64,000 bases of DNA from Vicinamibacteraceae bacterium (GCA_012270995.1 JAAXHG010000062.1:25881-89880), one strand, 5' to 3'. Positions 8,645 through 18,759 are shown, counted from the stretch's first letter. Numbers and translations: made by a program. The notes: generated by a model not told the origin, from the letters alone.

Positions 8645-9936
8645 AGCGTCTGGGCACGACCTCCTTCTTCGTCCCGGCCGTCCTGCTTGCCGCCCTTGCC
8701 GTGACTCCGGCCGCGGCCCAGGTGACGGTCCGGGCCGGCACCCTCCACACCGTGTCCGGCGCGCCGATCGAAAACGCCGTCGTCATCGCCGGCGCCGACG
8801 GCACGATTGAGTGGGTCGGCCCCGCGGCCGAAGCGAACATTCCTGACGGCGTGGACGTCCTCGAAGCCGCCGTCGTTACGCCCGGACTCGTCGACGCCCG
8901 CTCGGTCGTCGGCCTCTCCGGCGCCCTGAACAGCAACGTCGGCCCGGTGCGCGACCAGGACCAGCTCGAACGGTCGTCGCCGCTCCAGCCCGACCTGCGG
9001 GCGATCGACGCCTACGACGCGAACGAGACCCTGGTCGAGTGGGTCCGCTCGTACGGCGTTACGACGCTCCACACCGGCCACGGGCCGGGGGCCCTGGTCA
9101 GCGGCCAGACGATGATCGCCAAGACCAGGGGCCGCAACGTCGAACAGGCCACCCTGATGCCGGTGCGGATGCTGGCGGCGACGCTCGGCAACGCGGTGTC
9201 CTCGAACTTCCAGTCGCCGGGGACGTCGGCCAAGGGCATCGCGATGCTCCGGTCCGCCCTTCACGGTGCCCAGGCCTACCTCGACCAAGTGCGCAAGGCG
9301 GAGGAGGCCGGCGGCGACGAGAACGGAGGAGACAGCGGTGACGGCGAGGAGGACGGCGACGCGAAGCCGTCACCCCAGCCGCCGCCCAGGGACCTCTCCA
9401 AGGAAGCACTCGGCCAGGTGCTCGACGGCGAACTTTCCCTGCTGGTCACCGCGAACACCGTGGCCGAGATGGCCTCGGCGCTCCGCCTGCAGCAGGAGTT
9501 CGGGTTCGACCTCGTGCTCGACAGCGCCGCCGAGTCCTACCTGCTGCTCGAGGAGATCCGCGAGGCCGGCGTGCCGGTCCTGCTCCACCCGACGATGAGC
9601 AGGGTCCGCAACGGCTCCTACGAGACCGCCGCCACCCTCGCCGATGCCGGCATACCGTTCGCCATCCAGACCGGTTTCGAGGGCTACGTGCCCAAGACGC
9701 GCGTCCTGCTCTGGGAGGCGGCCATCGCCGCCGCCAACGGCCTCGGCATGGAACGGGCGCTGGAGGCAGTCACCCTGAGCCCGGCACGCATCCTCGGCAT
9801 CGACGACCGCGTCGGCTCGATCGAGGTCGGCAAGGACGCCGACCTCGCCCTCTTTGACGGCGACCCGTTCGAGTACACGAGCCACATCTGCGGCGTGATC
9901 ATCGAGTCGGAGGTGATGTCGGCGGAGTGCCGGTAG
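8641..9936 (+). CDS. Amidohydrolase family protein (paralogous partner, secreted)
   Basis: ATGA start/stop overlap with the upstream amidohydrolase. Signal peptide. TPGLVDARS and GSIEVGKDADLALFDGDPFE motifs. Paired amidohydrolase architecture. Confidence 0.7.
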   Translation: MKRLGTTSFFVPAVLLAALAVTPAAAQVTVRAGTLHTVSGAPIENAVVIAGADGTIEWVGPAAEANIPDGVDVLEAAVVTPGLVDARSVVGLSGALNSNVGPVRDQDQLERSSPLQPDLRAIDAYDANETLVEWVRSYGVTTLHTGHGPGALVSGQTMIAKTRGRNVEQATLMPVRMLAATLGNAVSSNFQSPGTSAKGIAMLRSALHGAQAYLDQVRKAEEAGGDENGGDSGDGEEDGDAKPSPQPPPRDLSKEALGQVLDGELSLLVTANTVAEMASALRLQQEFGFDLVLDSAAESYLLLEEIREAGVPVLLHPTMSRVRNGSYETAATLADAGIPFAIQTGFEGYVPKTRVLLWEAAIAAANGLGMERALEAVTLSPARILGIDDRVGSIEVGKDADLALFDGDPFEYTSHICGVIIESEVMSAECR

Positions 9937-10786
9937 GCGGAGGCAGCGCATAGACCAGGAGCGGCGGTCGCGGATCGAAGTAGTTGTGATCGCCGGTCAC
10001 GTAGGCGAGGCCGTCCAACACGGCAATGTCAGACGGTTCGCTGGCGTCAATACCCCAAACGTCCGTGACGCGCCAGGCGACCGGATCGACCCGCAGGATG
10101 CAGGAGTAGTTCTCGGTGATCAGGTAGAGAGACGAAGCATCCGCGGCGATCCCGGAAACCACCACGCCGTCCGCCGTCCGCCCGGGCCGCAGGTGGGCAC
10201 CGATCTCCGGCTCGTGGCGGTCGCCGGTTCGGAGATTCCAGACGCCGAGGCCATCGTCGACCGTGCCAAGAGGATCGTCGCCAAACCAGGTGAGACCCGT
10301 GAACTCCAGGTCCTCGAGCCCGTCCGGCAACGCCACCGCCTCAGTGGACCTCCACTTCCCGTCCTCGCTCCGCCAAGCGGCGATCTCCCCCAGCTCGCCG
10401 ATGCCGAGGAGCCGCTCTCCCTGTACGGCGATGCCCTCCAGGCGGCCCTGCCGCAAGATCAGGGGGCCGCCAAGCAAGCGGCTGACCGATGCAGCTTCGA
10501 CACCGGCGTGCGACAGAGTGAACAACTCCGCTTGATCCGTACTGACGTAGATGTGCTGACGGTCGACGTGGAGCCCCGACCCTTGCTCCAGCGAATCGGG
10601 GAGGGGGATGCGTTGTTCCGCGCTCAGGAGGCCGGACAGAACGAGAGGCCCCTTGGTGGGGTCGCTCGGCAGGTTGTCGGAGCCAACGTCCCCCAGAACG
10701 TCGAAGACGATGAAGATGCCGAATCGCGTGGTCGTCAGCACCAGGAACACGGCCACGAGCGCCGCGGCAGCAATTGCTTTCTTCAC
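9899..10786 (-). CDS. Hypothetical membrane-anchored protein (possible beta-propeller, YjiK/SdiA-regulated-like)
   Basis: N-terminal TM anchor MKKAIAAAALVAVFLVLTT. No catalytic motif recognised. The 3' end overlaps the convergent amidohydrolase by 38 nt. Confidence 0.35.
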   Translation of the reverse strand: MKKAIAAAALVAVFLVLTTTRFGIFIVFDVLGDVGSDNLPSDPTKGPLVLSGLLSAEQRIPLPDSLEQGSGLHVDRQHIYVSTDQAELFTLSHAGVEAASVSRLLGGPLILRQGRLEGIAVQGERLLGIGELGEIAAWRSEDGKWRSTEAVALPDGLEDLEFTGLTWFGDDPLGTVDDGLGVWNLRTGDRHEPEIGAHLRPGRTADGVVVSGIAADASSLYLITENYSCILRVDPVAWRVTDVWGIDASEPSDIAVLDGLAYVTGDHNYFDPRPPLLVYALPPPTGTPPTSPPTR

Positions 10787-10867
10787 CGTCCGGTTACTCC
10801 GCCCGAGTCCGTCACCACCGGCATCTCCGGTTGATAGTCTGACAAAGGTGTCCTTGGCGGATCGCTG

Positions 10868-11128
10868 TTGCCGGAATCACGGAGGCACATGACGCGCTGG
10901 ACTGAAGCAAGACTTGGCGGCTATTCGCTGCTGTTCGGAACCGTGGCGGTGGCCGTCGGCTACGCGTTCTCACCCGGCCGCGGCATGGTGGACACCGTCC
11001 CCAGCACCAGCCTCGGGGACCTGACGCTGGCGATGGCGCGCAACGCCACCCTGTCCTACACCGTGGCGGTCGTCCTCGTCCTGGGCGCCCTCCTCATGCT
11101 GAACGGCATCGTGACGTTGCGGAGGTAG
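10868..11128 (+). CDS. Small hypothetical membrane protein (possibly the N-terminal part of a larger gene interrupted by an in-frame TAG)
   Basis: Two predicted TM helices. Same frame as the 11138 ORF, separated only by TAG at 11126-11128 plus three codons. Confidence 0.35.
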   Translation: MPESRRHMTRWTEARLGGYSLLFGTVAVAVGYAFSPGRGMVDTVPSTSLGDLTLAMARNATLSYTVAVVLVLGALLMLNGIVTLRR

Positions 11129-11137
11129 ACCGCCCCC

Positions 11138-11593
11138 GTGCCGCGGCTTGGCCTGCTAGGGATGGCCGCCGGCGCGGCCCTGCAGATGGTGATGCGAGGC
11201 TTCGACTACATGCTGATCGGCATGGGCGAGGCGGCGCTGGGGCCCGACCCGGAGCAGTCGGCGCAATGGCTGGAGTCGGCGCTCGGCATGCAGCGCACGG
11301 TATGGGGTCTGCACTTCACGGGCAGCGTCGCCGGTTATGCCGGGATGGCGGTCCTGGCCTTCGGCCTCATCTCCCGACCGGAACCGCTGCGCCTGCCGCC
11401 GGTGGTGAACGGCATCGTCGCGCTGCTAGCCCTGGGGTCGCTGGCGCTGTTCATCGCCGCATGGCACTCGAACACGCTGGAACTGAGACTCGCTCCGGTG
11501 TTCGGGTTGATGTCCGCCAGCGGCATCGTCTACATGGGGCTCCTGGGCTGGCGGTTGGCGCGATCTGAAGCGGGCGACCCGCCCACCGACTGA
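11138..11593 (+). CDS. Hypothetical integral membrane protein
   Basis: 4 predicted TM segments. GTG start. In frame with the upstream 86-aa ORF. Confidence 0.4.
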   Translation: MPRLGLLGMAAGAALQMVMRGFDYMLIGMGEAALGPDPEQSAQWLESALGMQRTVWGLHFTGSVAGYAGMAVLAFGLISRPEPLRLPPVVNGIVALLALGSLALFIAAWHSNTLELRLAPVFGLMSASGIVYMGLLGWRLARSEAGDPPTD

Positions 11594-11602
11594 GCCACGG
11601 GC

Positions 11603-12988
11603 TTACTGGTTGTCACCCGCCGCCGGCTGCGGGAACTCCGGCAGCCCGCGTTCGAGCCACACGCCCGCCTGCATCACACGGTCGATCTGCCTCGTGTTGC
11701 GGATGTCCGCCAGGGGATCGGCGGAGAGCAGAACCAGGTCCGCCGCCATTCCCTCGGCGATCGAGCCGAAGTCTGGTTCCTCGGTGAGTTCAGCGGCCGC
11801 GGCGGCGCCGGCCGCCGCCAGGGTCTCAAGCGGCGTCAAGCCGCCTTCTTCGACGAGGGTTTCCAGCTCATGGTGCGTGCCCCAGCCGTAGGCGATGTTG
11901 CCGGCGCCGCTGTCGGAGCCGACAGTGATCGTGGCTCCAGCTTCGTTCATGCGGCGGATGAACTTCGTCACGTAGTCGTATGCGACCCGCCGTTTGGCGG
12001 TCGACTCGCTCTTCAGCATCGCGGCTCGGTTCTCGGGATCGAGTAGTCGTTCGAGCAGGGCTGGTTGAAGTCCGGCCCGGAACTCCTCGTCCTCGAGCAG
12101 CTCCGGGTGCTCGGCGACCCACCAGAAGGTCTTGGCCTGACCGAGCGCGGGCGCGAACGAGAGCCCCTTCTCTTGCACCATGGCGACGAACTCGTCGTCG
12201 ACCTCCTGGTCGCGGACGCCGTGGACGAAGAAGCGGACCCCAGCGTCGACCAGTTGCCAGACGTCCTCCTCGAAGAAGACGTGGGCCGAAACCGGGATGT
12301 CGTGCCGCGAGGCCTGGTCGGCGATGGCGGCGCGGATCTCGGGCCCGATCTTCGGCCGTGTGTCGAGGAAGGTGTCGACCCACATCTTGATCAGGTCGAC
12401 TTCCTGAGCGGCGAGTTCGCGCACCATCGCGCGGGCTTCCTCTTCGGTGGCCGGACCCAGCTTGCCCGGTGGAAAGCCCTCGGGGTGCGTGAAGCCGACC
12501 CCGGCGGTGAAGATGCGGGGCGCCGGCACGATGCCGGCACGTGCCTCGTCGATCTTCGCGGGCGTCTGACCATGGTCCGAGCCGAGGCTGCGGACGGTCA
12601 GCACGCCGGCGTGGAGCTGCAACGCCCAGGACCACTCCTCCAGGCCGTCGCGGTAGTGGTTGTGGAGGTCGACGAGACCGGGGATCAGGAACTTGCCCGC
12701 GGCGTCGATGACTTCTCCGCCCTCGGGCACCAGCACATCGGCGCGCGAGCCGGCATGCTCGATCCGGTCGCCGCGGACGATGACGACGGCGTCCTCGATC
12801 GGCGGTGCGCCAGTGCCGTCGATCAGGGTGGCGCCGGCGATCGTGATCGTGCCGGTGCCGTCGATGGCGGGTTGGTCGGCGGTGCAGCCGGAAAGCGCAG
12901 CGGCGAGTGCAATAGCGATTGCGAAGAGCCGGAACGGATCCGGATGCCGGCCAGAACCCGGGTGGCGCGAATCCGCGCCACCCGTGAC
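11603..12988 (-). CDS. Amidohydrolase family lipoprotein
   Basis: Lipobox-like LAAALSGC. LIPGLVDLHNHY (HxH). C-terminal EGMAADLVLLSADPL. GTG start inferred at 12988, where the signal peptide begins. The first ~120 codons of the six-frame ORF are compositional junk. Confidence 0.65.
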   Translation of the reverse strand, partial: VTGGADSRHPGSGRHPDPFRLFAIAIALAAALSGCTADQPAIDGTGTITIAGATLIDGTGAPPIEDAVVIVRGDRIEHAGSRADVLVPEGGEVIDAAGKFLIPGLVDLHNHYRDGLEEWSWALQLHAGVLTVRSLGSDHGQTPAKIDEARAGIVPAPRIFTAGVGFTHPEGFPPGKLGPATEEEARAMVRELAAQEVDLIKMWVDTFLDTRPKIGPEIRAAIADQASRHDIPVSAHVFFEEDVWQLVDAGVRFFVHGVRDQEVDDEFVAMVQEKGLSFAPALGQAKTFWWVAEHPELLEDEEFRAGLQPALLERLLDPENRAAMLKSESTAKRRVAYDYVTKFIRRMNEAGATITVGSDSGAGNIAYGWGTHHELETLVEEGGLTPLETLAAAGAAAAAELTEEPDFGSIAEGMAADLVLLSADPLADIRNTRQIDRVMQAGVWLERGLPEFPQPAAGDNQ

Positions 12989-13065
12989 CCAGTCCGCGCG
13001 CCCGTCATCGGGCGCACGGATGACAGGCCGGCGAACCCAGTGGTTGAACCCCGTGTGCGGTCCAA

Positions 13066-14145
13066 TCACTCGAGGAACACTTCGGCGATCGCGATGCCGC
13101 TCTCGCCGGCCACGGCGTAGAGGAGGAAGACGCGGCCGTCCTCCTCGTAGATCGCGGGATCGCGCAACTGGTTCACCTTTCCATAGGCGGTGCTGCGAAC
13201 AGACGGCTCGAGCGGCGCGTTGGCGCCTTCCCAGTCGCGCTCGGGCCGGAGCACTTCGACCGGTTCGGACTCGGTCCAGTCCATCCAGTCGCCGGAGAGG
13301 TCGATGCTGCTCAGCAGGATCCGTTCCGGCGCCTCCCCGACCTGCGTCCAGAACACCCACAGGGTGTCGCCGCGGAGCAGCACGGCAGAATGCCGCATGT
13401 CCGGGTTGAACAGCAACGGTCCCTCCTCGAAGTCGGTGAAGCCGTCAGCCGAGCGGTAGAACTGTCCGGGCATGGCGAGGGAGTAGGTCATGCCGCCGTA
13501 TTGGAAGATCCGCATGTAGGTGCGGCCCAGTGACTGGGGCTGGGCTTCGAAATCGATGCCGTCGGTCGAAGTGGCGACCCGCGAGATCTGCCTGCCGACG
13601 TCCTCCAGGCCGTGGAAGTACATGACGATCCGCTGGTTCTCATCGTCGACATGCACGTCGGGCGACGCGATGTGGGTTGCCGTGATCTCCTTCTGGATGT
13701 CGTGGGAGAGCTTCAGGCCCCGGCGCTCCTCCCACTCGGCAACCATCTCGGGCGTCACCTCCGGCGGCTCGACCAGGAAGTGGGAGTCCTCGATCTGCAG
13801 GCTCCCGGGGACGTGGATCGACCACGGCCCAAGCAGGTAGTCGGCGTAGGCGAGCCGGATGTAGTGGCCCTTGTGGTCGGCGAAGTAGAGGTAGTAGAGG
13901 CCGAGCGGGTCGGAAACCCAGTCGGGCACGCGGATCAGGGACGGTCCCTGGATGTTCTCTCCGATGCTTGGGTCGAGCGCCGGCCCGATGATCGGTGCGT
14001 CGAGGAGCCGTTCGACGCGGACGGAGGACCCGGTGTCGGTCGGCGGGTCGGCGTCAGCGGCCGGTTCGGCGTCCGGCGTCGCGCAGGCCAGGGCGGTGAG
14101 TGAGGCGGTGAAGGAGAGGACCAAGAGGGACGGCCCCGCTCTCAT
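13066..14145 (-). CDS. Secreted hypothetical protein, GH43/GH130-like beta-propeller fold suspected
   Basis: Signal peptide MRAGPSLLVLSFTASLTALAC. LRDPAIYEEDGRVFLLYAVAGESGIA and GPSLIRVPDW...YYLYFADHKG resemble 5-bladed propeller glycosidase/phosphorylase blades. Weak. Confidence 0.35.
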   Translation of the reverse strand: MRAGPSLLVLSFTASLTALACATPDAEPAADADPPTDTGSSVRVERLLDAPIIGPALDPSIGENIQGPSLIRVPDWVSDPLGLYYLYFADHKGHYIRLAYADYLLGPWSIHVPGSLQIEDSHFLVEPPEVTPEMVAEWEERRGLKLSHDIQKEITATHIASPDVHVDDENQRIVMYFHGLEDVGRQISRVATSTDGIDFEAQPQSLGRTYMRIFQYGGMTYSLAMPGQFYRSADGFTDFEEGPLLFNPDMRHSAVLLRGDTLWVFWTQVGEAPERILLSSIDLSGDWMDWTESEPVEVLRPERDWEGANAPLEPSVRSTAYGKVNQLRDPAIYEEDGRVFLLYAVAGESGIAIAEVFLE

Positions 14146-14167
14146 CGGCCCGCCCGGGAGTTTGTGG

Positions 14168-16165
14168 ATGTCATCAGGTTCTATGCTAGCCGTCGTGTTC
14201 CACCAACTCCGTTGGGGCCTCGGAGCACTCCAGGGCCTCCTCCTCTGCAACGCCGCCGCCGCTCAGTACGGCGCCGTGGACGGCGAATGGCGCCATCACG
14301 GCGGCGACGACGGGTTCACCCGCTACACGGCGCTCGACCAGATCGACGGCTCGAACTTCGGCCGGCTCGAACCCGTGTGGAAGTGGGCGTCCGCCGATTC
14401 TCGCATCGAGGCGAACTCGCCCTACCGGCGGCAGGTGTTCCGGTCGTCGCCCCTCGTCATCGGCGGACGCCTCTACATCCCAACCGAACTGAGCCAGGTC
14501 GCGGCGCTCGACGCCGCGACGGGCGAGGAACTCTGGGTCTACGACCCGAAGAGCTACGGGCGCGGCAAGCCGGCACAGAGCAACTACTACACCCGCGGCC
14601 TCGAGTACTGGAGCGACGGCGAGCAGGAGCGCCTCTTCATCGCCACGATCGGCAAGCAGCTCATCTCGATCGACCCCGCCACCGGGCTGCCCGACCGCGC
14701 CTTCGGCGAGGACGGCGTCGTCGAGCTCTCGCGAAACCTCGGTCGCGAGAACACGGAACTCCGCAACATCAGCCACGGCCAGCCGGTGATCGTCGTCGGC
14801 GACACGATCGTCGTTGGCTCCCGCATCTTCGACTTCCCGCTCCGGAACAACAATCCGCCCGGCCACGTGCGCGGCTACGACGTGCGCACCGGCGAGTTCA
14901 AGTGGCGCTTCCACACGATCCCTCAGGAGGGCGAGGAGTTCGTCGAAACCTGGGAGAACGACTCCTGGAAGACAACCGGTAACGCGAACGTGTGGGCGCC
15001 CATGACCGCGGACCAGGAACTCGGCTACGTCTACCTCGCCACCAGCACGCCGACCAGCGACTACTACGGGGGACTGCGCCACGGCGACAACGTCTACGCC
15101 GAGAGCCTGATCTGCGTCGACGCCGCGACCGGCGAACGGGTCTGGCACTTCCAGACCGTCCACCACGGCGTCTGGGACTACGACATCGCCTCGGCGCCGA
15201 ACCTGATCGACATCGTCGTCGAGGGCCGGCTGATCAAGGCCGTCGCCCAGGTCTCGAAGACCGCCTTCACCTACGTCTTCGATCGCGCCACCGGCGAGCC
15301 GGTGTGGCCGATCGAGGAGCGCGGCGTCCCCTGGGAAAGCACGCTCCCGGGCGAGAAGCTGTCGAAGACCCAGCCGTTTCCGACCAGGCCGCCGGCGTTC
15401 GACCGCCAGGGAGTCAGCGAGGACGACCTGATCGACTTCACGCCGGAACTCCGCGCCGAGGCGCTCGAGATCGCGGAGAAGTTCATCCTCGGGCCGATGT
15501 TCATGCCCCTGATCCGCCGAGGCGAGGGCGGCAAGGAAGCGATCCTGGCCGTGCCCGGAGCGGGTGGCGGCGCCAACCATCCGGGGGCAGCGGCCGACCC
15601 TGAGACCGGGATGCTCTACGTACAGTCGTTGACCCGGCCCTCGGGGATGGCACTGGTCAAGCCGGACGGAGCGCGAAGCTTCTGGCCCTATGTCCTCGAC
15701 CGCGTGTCGACGGCCGGGCCGCGCGGCCTGCCGCTGCTCAAGCCGCCGTATCGGCGCATCACGGCCATCGATTTGAACCGGGGTGACATCGCCTGGCAGG
15801 TGCCGCTCGGCGACGGACCGCGCAACCACCCGGCGATCCGCCACCTCAATCTGGGGCCGTTGGGCGGACTCTCGTCGAGCGCGGTGACGGAGGGCGGCAT
15901 CCTGGTCACGAAGACGCTCCTGGTCGCCCATGCCGCCCGATTCGAGGTCTACAACGACCGCTCGACCGTGCTCGGCAGCTCGCTTCAGGCCTACGACAAG
16001 TTCACCGGCGAACTGCTGGCCGAAGTGCTCACCGAGCGCGCGCTGCACGGCGCGCCGGTGAGCTACATGCAGAACGGGCGGCAGTTCATCGCGGTCACCG
16101 GCGGCGGCATGACGGAGCCGGCGGAACTCATCGCTTTCGCCCTGCCGGAGAGTGCAGCTCGATAG
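14168..16165 (+). CDS. PQQ-dependent dehydrogenase (quinoprotein, 8-bladed propeller), secreted
   Basis: Signal peptide. Repeated PQQ-propeller W-motifs (GELLW, GERVWHFQT, GEFKWRFHT, GEPVWP). Active-site region VWDYDIA (D-x-D). Start is internal to the six-frame ORF, whose 13952 N-terminus is shadow of the minus-strand gene. Confidence 0.8.
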   Translation: MSSGSMLAVVFHQLRWGLGALQGLLLCNAAAAQYGAVDGEWRHHGGDDGFTRYTALDQIDGSNFGRLEPVWKWASADSRIEANSPYRRQVFRSSPLVIGGRLYIPTELSQVAALDAATGEELWVYDPKSYGRGKPAQSNYYTRGLEYWSDGEQERLFIATIGKQLISIDPATGLPDRAFGEDGVVELSRNLGRENTELRNISHGQPVIVVGDTIVVGSRIFDFPLRNNNPPGHVRGYDVRTGEFKWRFHTIPQEGEEFVETWENDSWKTTGNANVWAPMTADQELGYVYLATSTPTSDYYGGLRHGDNVYAESLICVDAATGERVWHFQTVHHGVWDYDIASAPNLIDIVVEGRLIKAVAQVSKTAFTYVFDRATGEPVWPIEERGVPWESTLPGEKLSKTQPFPTRPPAFDRQGVSEDDLIDFTPELRAEALEIAEKFILGPMFMPLIRRGEGGKEAILAVPGAGGGANHPGAAADPETGMLYVQSLTRPSGMALVKPDGARSFWPYVLDRVSTAGPRGLPLLKPPYRRITAIDLNRGDIAWQVPLGDGPRNHPAIRHLNLGPLGGLSSSAVTEGGILVTKTLLVAHAARFEVYNDRSTVLGSSLQAYDKFTGELLAEVLTERALHGAPVSYMQNGRQFIAVTGGGMTEPAELIAFALPESAAR

Positions 16166-16184
16166 GGCAACAGGAGGACAGCCG

Positions 16185-17204
16185 ATGCGAATCCAACTCC
16201 TCGCGGCCGTAGCGATCCTGGTCGCTCCCGTCGCGGCCGCCGCCCAGGACGACATTCCCCGCACCGCGAGTGGCCGGCCGGACCTCTCGGGCACCTACGA
16301 CATCGCCACCCGCACGCCGATGGCGCGCGATCCGAAGTACGGCGACGACCCGTACATGAGCGGCGAAGATGCGCACGAGATCGCGGCCGCGACCGAGGCC
16401 GCGAAGGTCGAGGCCGACGTCCCCAGCGACCCGGACCGCAAGGCGCCGCCCGTCGGCGGCGACGGACACCGCAGCAACATCGGTGGTCACAATCCGTTCT
16501 GGTTCGACTTCGGCACGATCCCCTTCCAGGTCGACGGCAAGTACCGCGACTCGATCATCACGGACCCGCCGGACGGCCGGCTGCCGCCCAAGACCGAACG
16601 CGGGCAAGCCCTCACACCGCGCGGCCTCGGCGCCTACAACCGGAACCCGGGTGGCGCCTGGTGGATCGAGACCGGCGAGAACCTCTACGACGAACCGGAA
16701 GTCCAGACCCTGGGCACCCGCTGCCTCTACGCCGGCGGCCCCACAGTGCCGGTCCGGCCGTCGGCCTACAACAACCTGAAGACGATCACGCAGACCGACA
16801 CCCATGTGGCGATCCACGTGGAGTGGATGCACTGGACCCGGATCGTCCGCCTCGAGGCCGAGCACGCGCCGCCGGAGTACCGCTCACTCGGAGGTGATTC
16901 GATCGGCTGGTGGGAGGACGACACCCTGGTCGTCGAGACGAAGAACTTCCTGCGCGCGCCGCACGTTTCCCACGACGGCTTGCGCGTCGTCGAGCGTTTT
17001 CACCGCATTGACGCGGAAACGCTGTTCTACGAGTTCACCGTGGAGGACTCCGACTACACCGCGCCGTACACGGGCTCCCTGCCCTGGCCGCGGACCGGTA
17101 AACGTCTCTACGAGTACGCCTGCCACGAGGGGAACTACTCGATGGGCAACATGCTCCGCGGCGCCCGGCTGCTGGAGAAGGAAGCGCGCGAGGAACAACG
17201 CTAA
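16185..17204 (+). CDS. Secreted hypothetical protein immediately downstream of the PQQ dehydrogenase
   Basis: Signal peptide MRIQLLAAVAILVAPVAAAAQ. 19 nt after the PQQ-DH stop. No recognisable catalytic motif. Confidence 0.45.
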   Translation: MRIQLLAAVAILVAPVAAAAQDDIPRTASGRPDLSGTYDIATRTPMARDPKYGDDPYMSGEDAHEIAAATEAAKVEADVPSDPDRKAPPVGGDGHRSNIGGHNPFWFDFGTIPFQVDGKYRDSIITDPPDGRLPPKTERGQALTPRGLGAYNRNPGGAWWIETGENLYDEPEVQTLGTRCLYAGGPTVPVRPSAYNNLKTITQTDTHVAIHVEWMHWTRIVRLEAEHAPPEYRSLGGDSIGWWEDDTLVVETKNFLRAPHVSHDGLRVVERFHRIDAETLFYEFTVEDSDYTAPYTGSLPWPRTGKRLYEYACHEGNYSMGNMLRGARLLEKEAREEQR

Positions 17205-17340
17205 GCCGCCGGCGCTCCACTGATACCCTGCCTGCGGCCCAGCCCACAGACCGGCGCTTCCGAAGCGCCCCTCGACGCTCCGGAAGTCCCTTCTGGCTAA
17301 CCAGGTACTCGATCCGTACACCGTCCGCCACGGCGAGGCC

Positions 17341-18711
17341 GTGGCTCCGCCGGCGACCTTCCGGGACCGCCTGAAGTACCTCGGACCGAGCCTGATCGTC
17401 ACCGGCGCCGTGATCGGCTCGGGCGAGTTGGTGCTGACGACGAGCCTCGGCGCGGTCGCCGGTTTCACCCTGCTCTGGTGGATGCTCCTCTCCTGCTGGT
17501 GCAAGTCGCTGGTCCAGGCGGAGATGGCCCGCTACACGATCGAGTCGGGCGACACCTACCTGCGGGCGATGAACCGGCTGCCGGGACGCATCTGGAGGAT
17601 CTCCTGGCCGATCTGGTTGGGGCTGATCGCCTACGTTCCCGGAACGATGGGACTGGGCGGCATCATCGGCGGCGCCGGCCAGTCGATGTCCTTCCTCGCC
17701 TCGCTGGGGAACATCGAACTCGACGGGGTTCTCTGCACCGGTCTCATCGCCGTCGCCGGTTCGATCATCCTCGGCACCGGCTCCTACAAGTGGCTCGAAC
17801 GCGTGATGCTGCCGCTGGTCCTGGCCTTCACGTTCTGCACGCTGATCTGCCTGATCGCGATGCAGTTCACCGAGTTCCGGACCACGCCGGGCGAGATCCT
17901 CGGCGGCATGAAGCCGGACATGACCCTGTTCGTCGCCGTCGCGGCCCTCGCGCTTTCGGCCTACGGCTACACCGGCACGACCTCGGGCGACATCTCCTCC
18001 TACACCTACTGGTGCGTCGAAAAGGGCTACCCGAGCTTCCTCGGCGCCGACCGCAGCGACCCGAACTGGGAGTCCCACGCTCGCGGCTGGATGCGGGTGC
18101 TCCACACCGACGTCTGGCTGGCCCTGATCATCGTCACCTGCGCCACGATCCCCTACTACATCCTCGGCGCCGGGGTGCTGAACAAGATGGGGCTGACGCC
18201 CGAGGGCAACGACGAGACGATCGGGGCCCTCTCCAACATCTTCACGCAGACCCTCGGCCTCTGGGCGGTGTGGATCTTCGCGATCGGCGCCTTCTGCATC
18301 CTGTTCTCGACCGTCCTTTCGGGAGCCGGCGGCGGCGGCCGCTCGATCCCCGACTACTTGATGGAGATGGGCCTGATCGAGCGCTCCAACCTGGCGCTGC
18401 GCAAGAAGATCATCCGCGGCTACCTGGTCTGCCTGCCGCTCGCCGCCTTCGGGATCTACTACTTCGTCACCGACTTCGTCATCCTGATCATGGTCGGCGG
18501 CCTGACTTCGGCGATCTTCCTGCCGATTCAGGCAGGCGCCACCCTGTGGCTCCAGCGCACGCGGATGGACCCACGCATCCGGCCCCGGCGGTTGACCTAC
18601 GTCGGCCTCTGGGTCGTGTTCGCGTTCGAGGCCGCAATGGCGCTGCTGGTCGTCCGCTACGTCGTGCTTGCCGACCAGTTCGACTGGCTGTTCGGCTACC
18701 TGTCTGGCTAG
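17341..18711 (+). CDS. Nramp-like divalent metal cation transporter family membrane protein
   Basis: About 11 TM helices. N-terminal GPSLIVTGAVIGSGELV resembles the Nramp/MntH first-TM consensus. Confidence 0.6.
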   Translation: MAPPATFRDRLKYLGPSLIVTGAVIGSGELVLTTSLGAVAGFTLLWWMLLSCWCKSLVQAEMARYTIESGDTYLRAMNRLPGRIWRISWPIWLGLIAYVPGTMGLGGIIGGAGQSMSFLASLGNIELDGVLCTGLIAVAGSIILGTGSYKWLERVMLPLVLAFTFCTLICLIAMQFTEFRTTPGEILGGMKPDMTLFVAVAALALSAYGYTGTTSGDISSYTYWCVEKGYPSFLGADRSDPNWESHARGWMRVLHTDVWLALIIVTCATIPYYILGAGVLNKMGLTPEGNDETIGALSNIFTQTLGLWAVWIFAIGAFCILFSTVLSGAGGGGRSIPDYLMEMGLIERSNLALRKKIIRGYLVCLPLAAFGIYYFVTDFVILIMVGGLTSAIFLPIQAGATLWLQRTRMDPRIRPRRLTYVGLWVVFAFEAAMALLVVRYVVLADQFDWLFGYLSG

Positions 18712-18723
18712 GAAGACCAAGGC

Positions 18724-18759
18724 GTCGGTGCGCCGGCCCTCTGGCCGGCATCCGGCGCG
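18724..18759 (+). terminator. GC-rich hairpin (GCCGGCC-CTCT-GGCCGGC), repeated element, putative intrinsic terminator without U-tract
   Basis: 13 nt after the Nramp stop. The ~33-nt core GTCGGTGCGCCGGCCYTCTGGCCGGCATCCGG recurs at 58608-58640, again right after a stop codon. Confidence 0.45.

Noticed and set aside
13952-14167. Upstream extension of the PQQ dehydrogenase ORF
   Set aside because: The N-terminal 72 codons overlap the divergent minus-strand gene and lack signal-peptide character. The true start is taken at the Met preceding the hydrophobic signal sequence.
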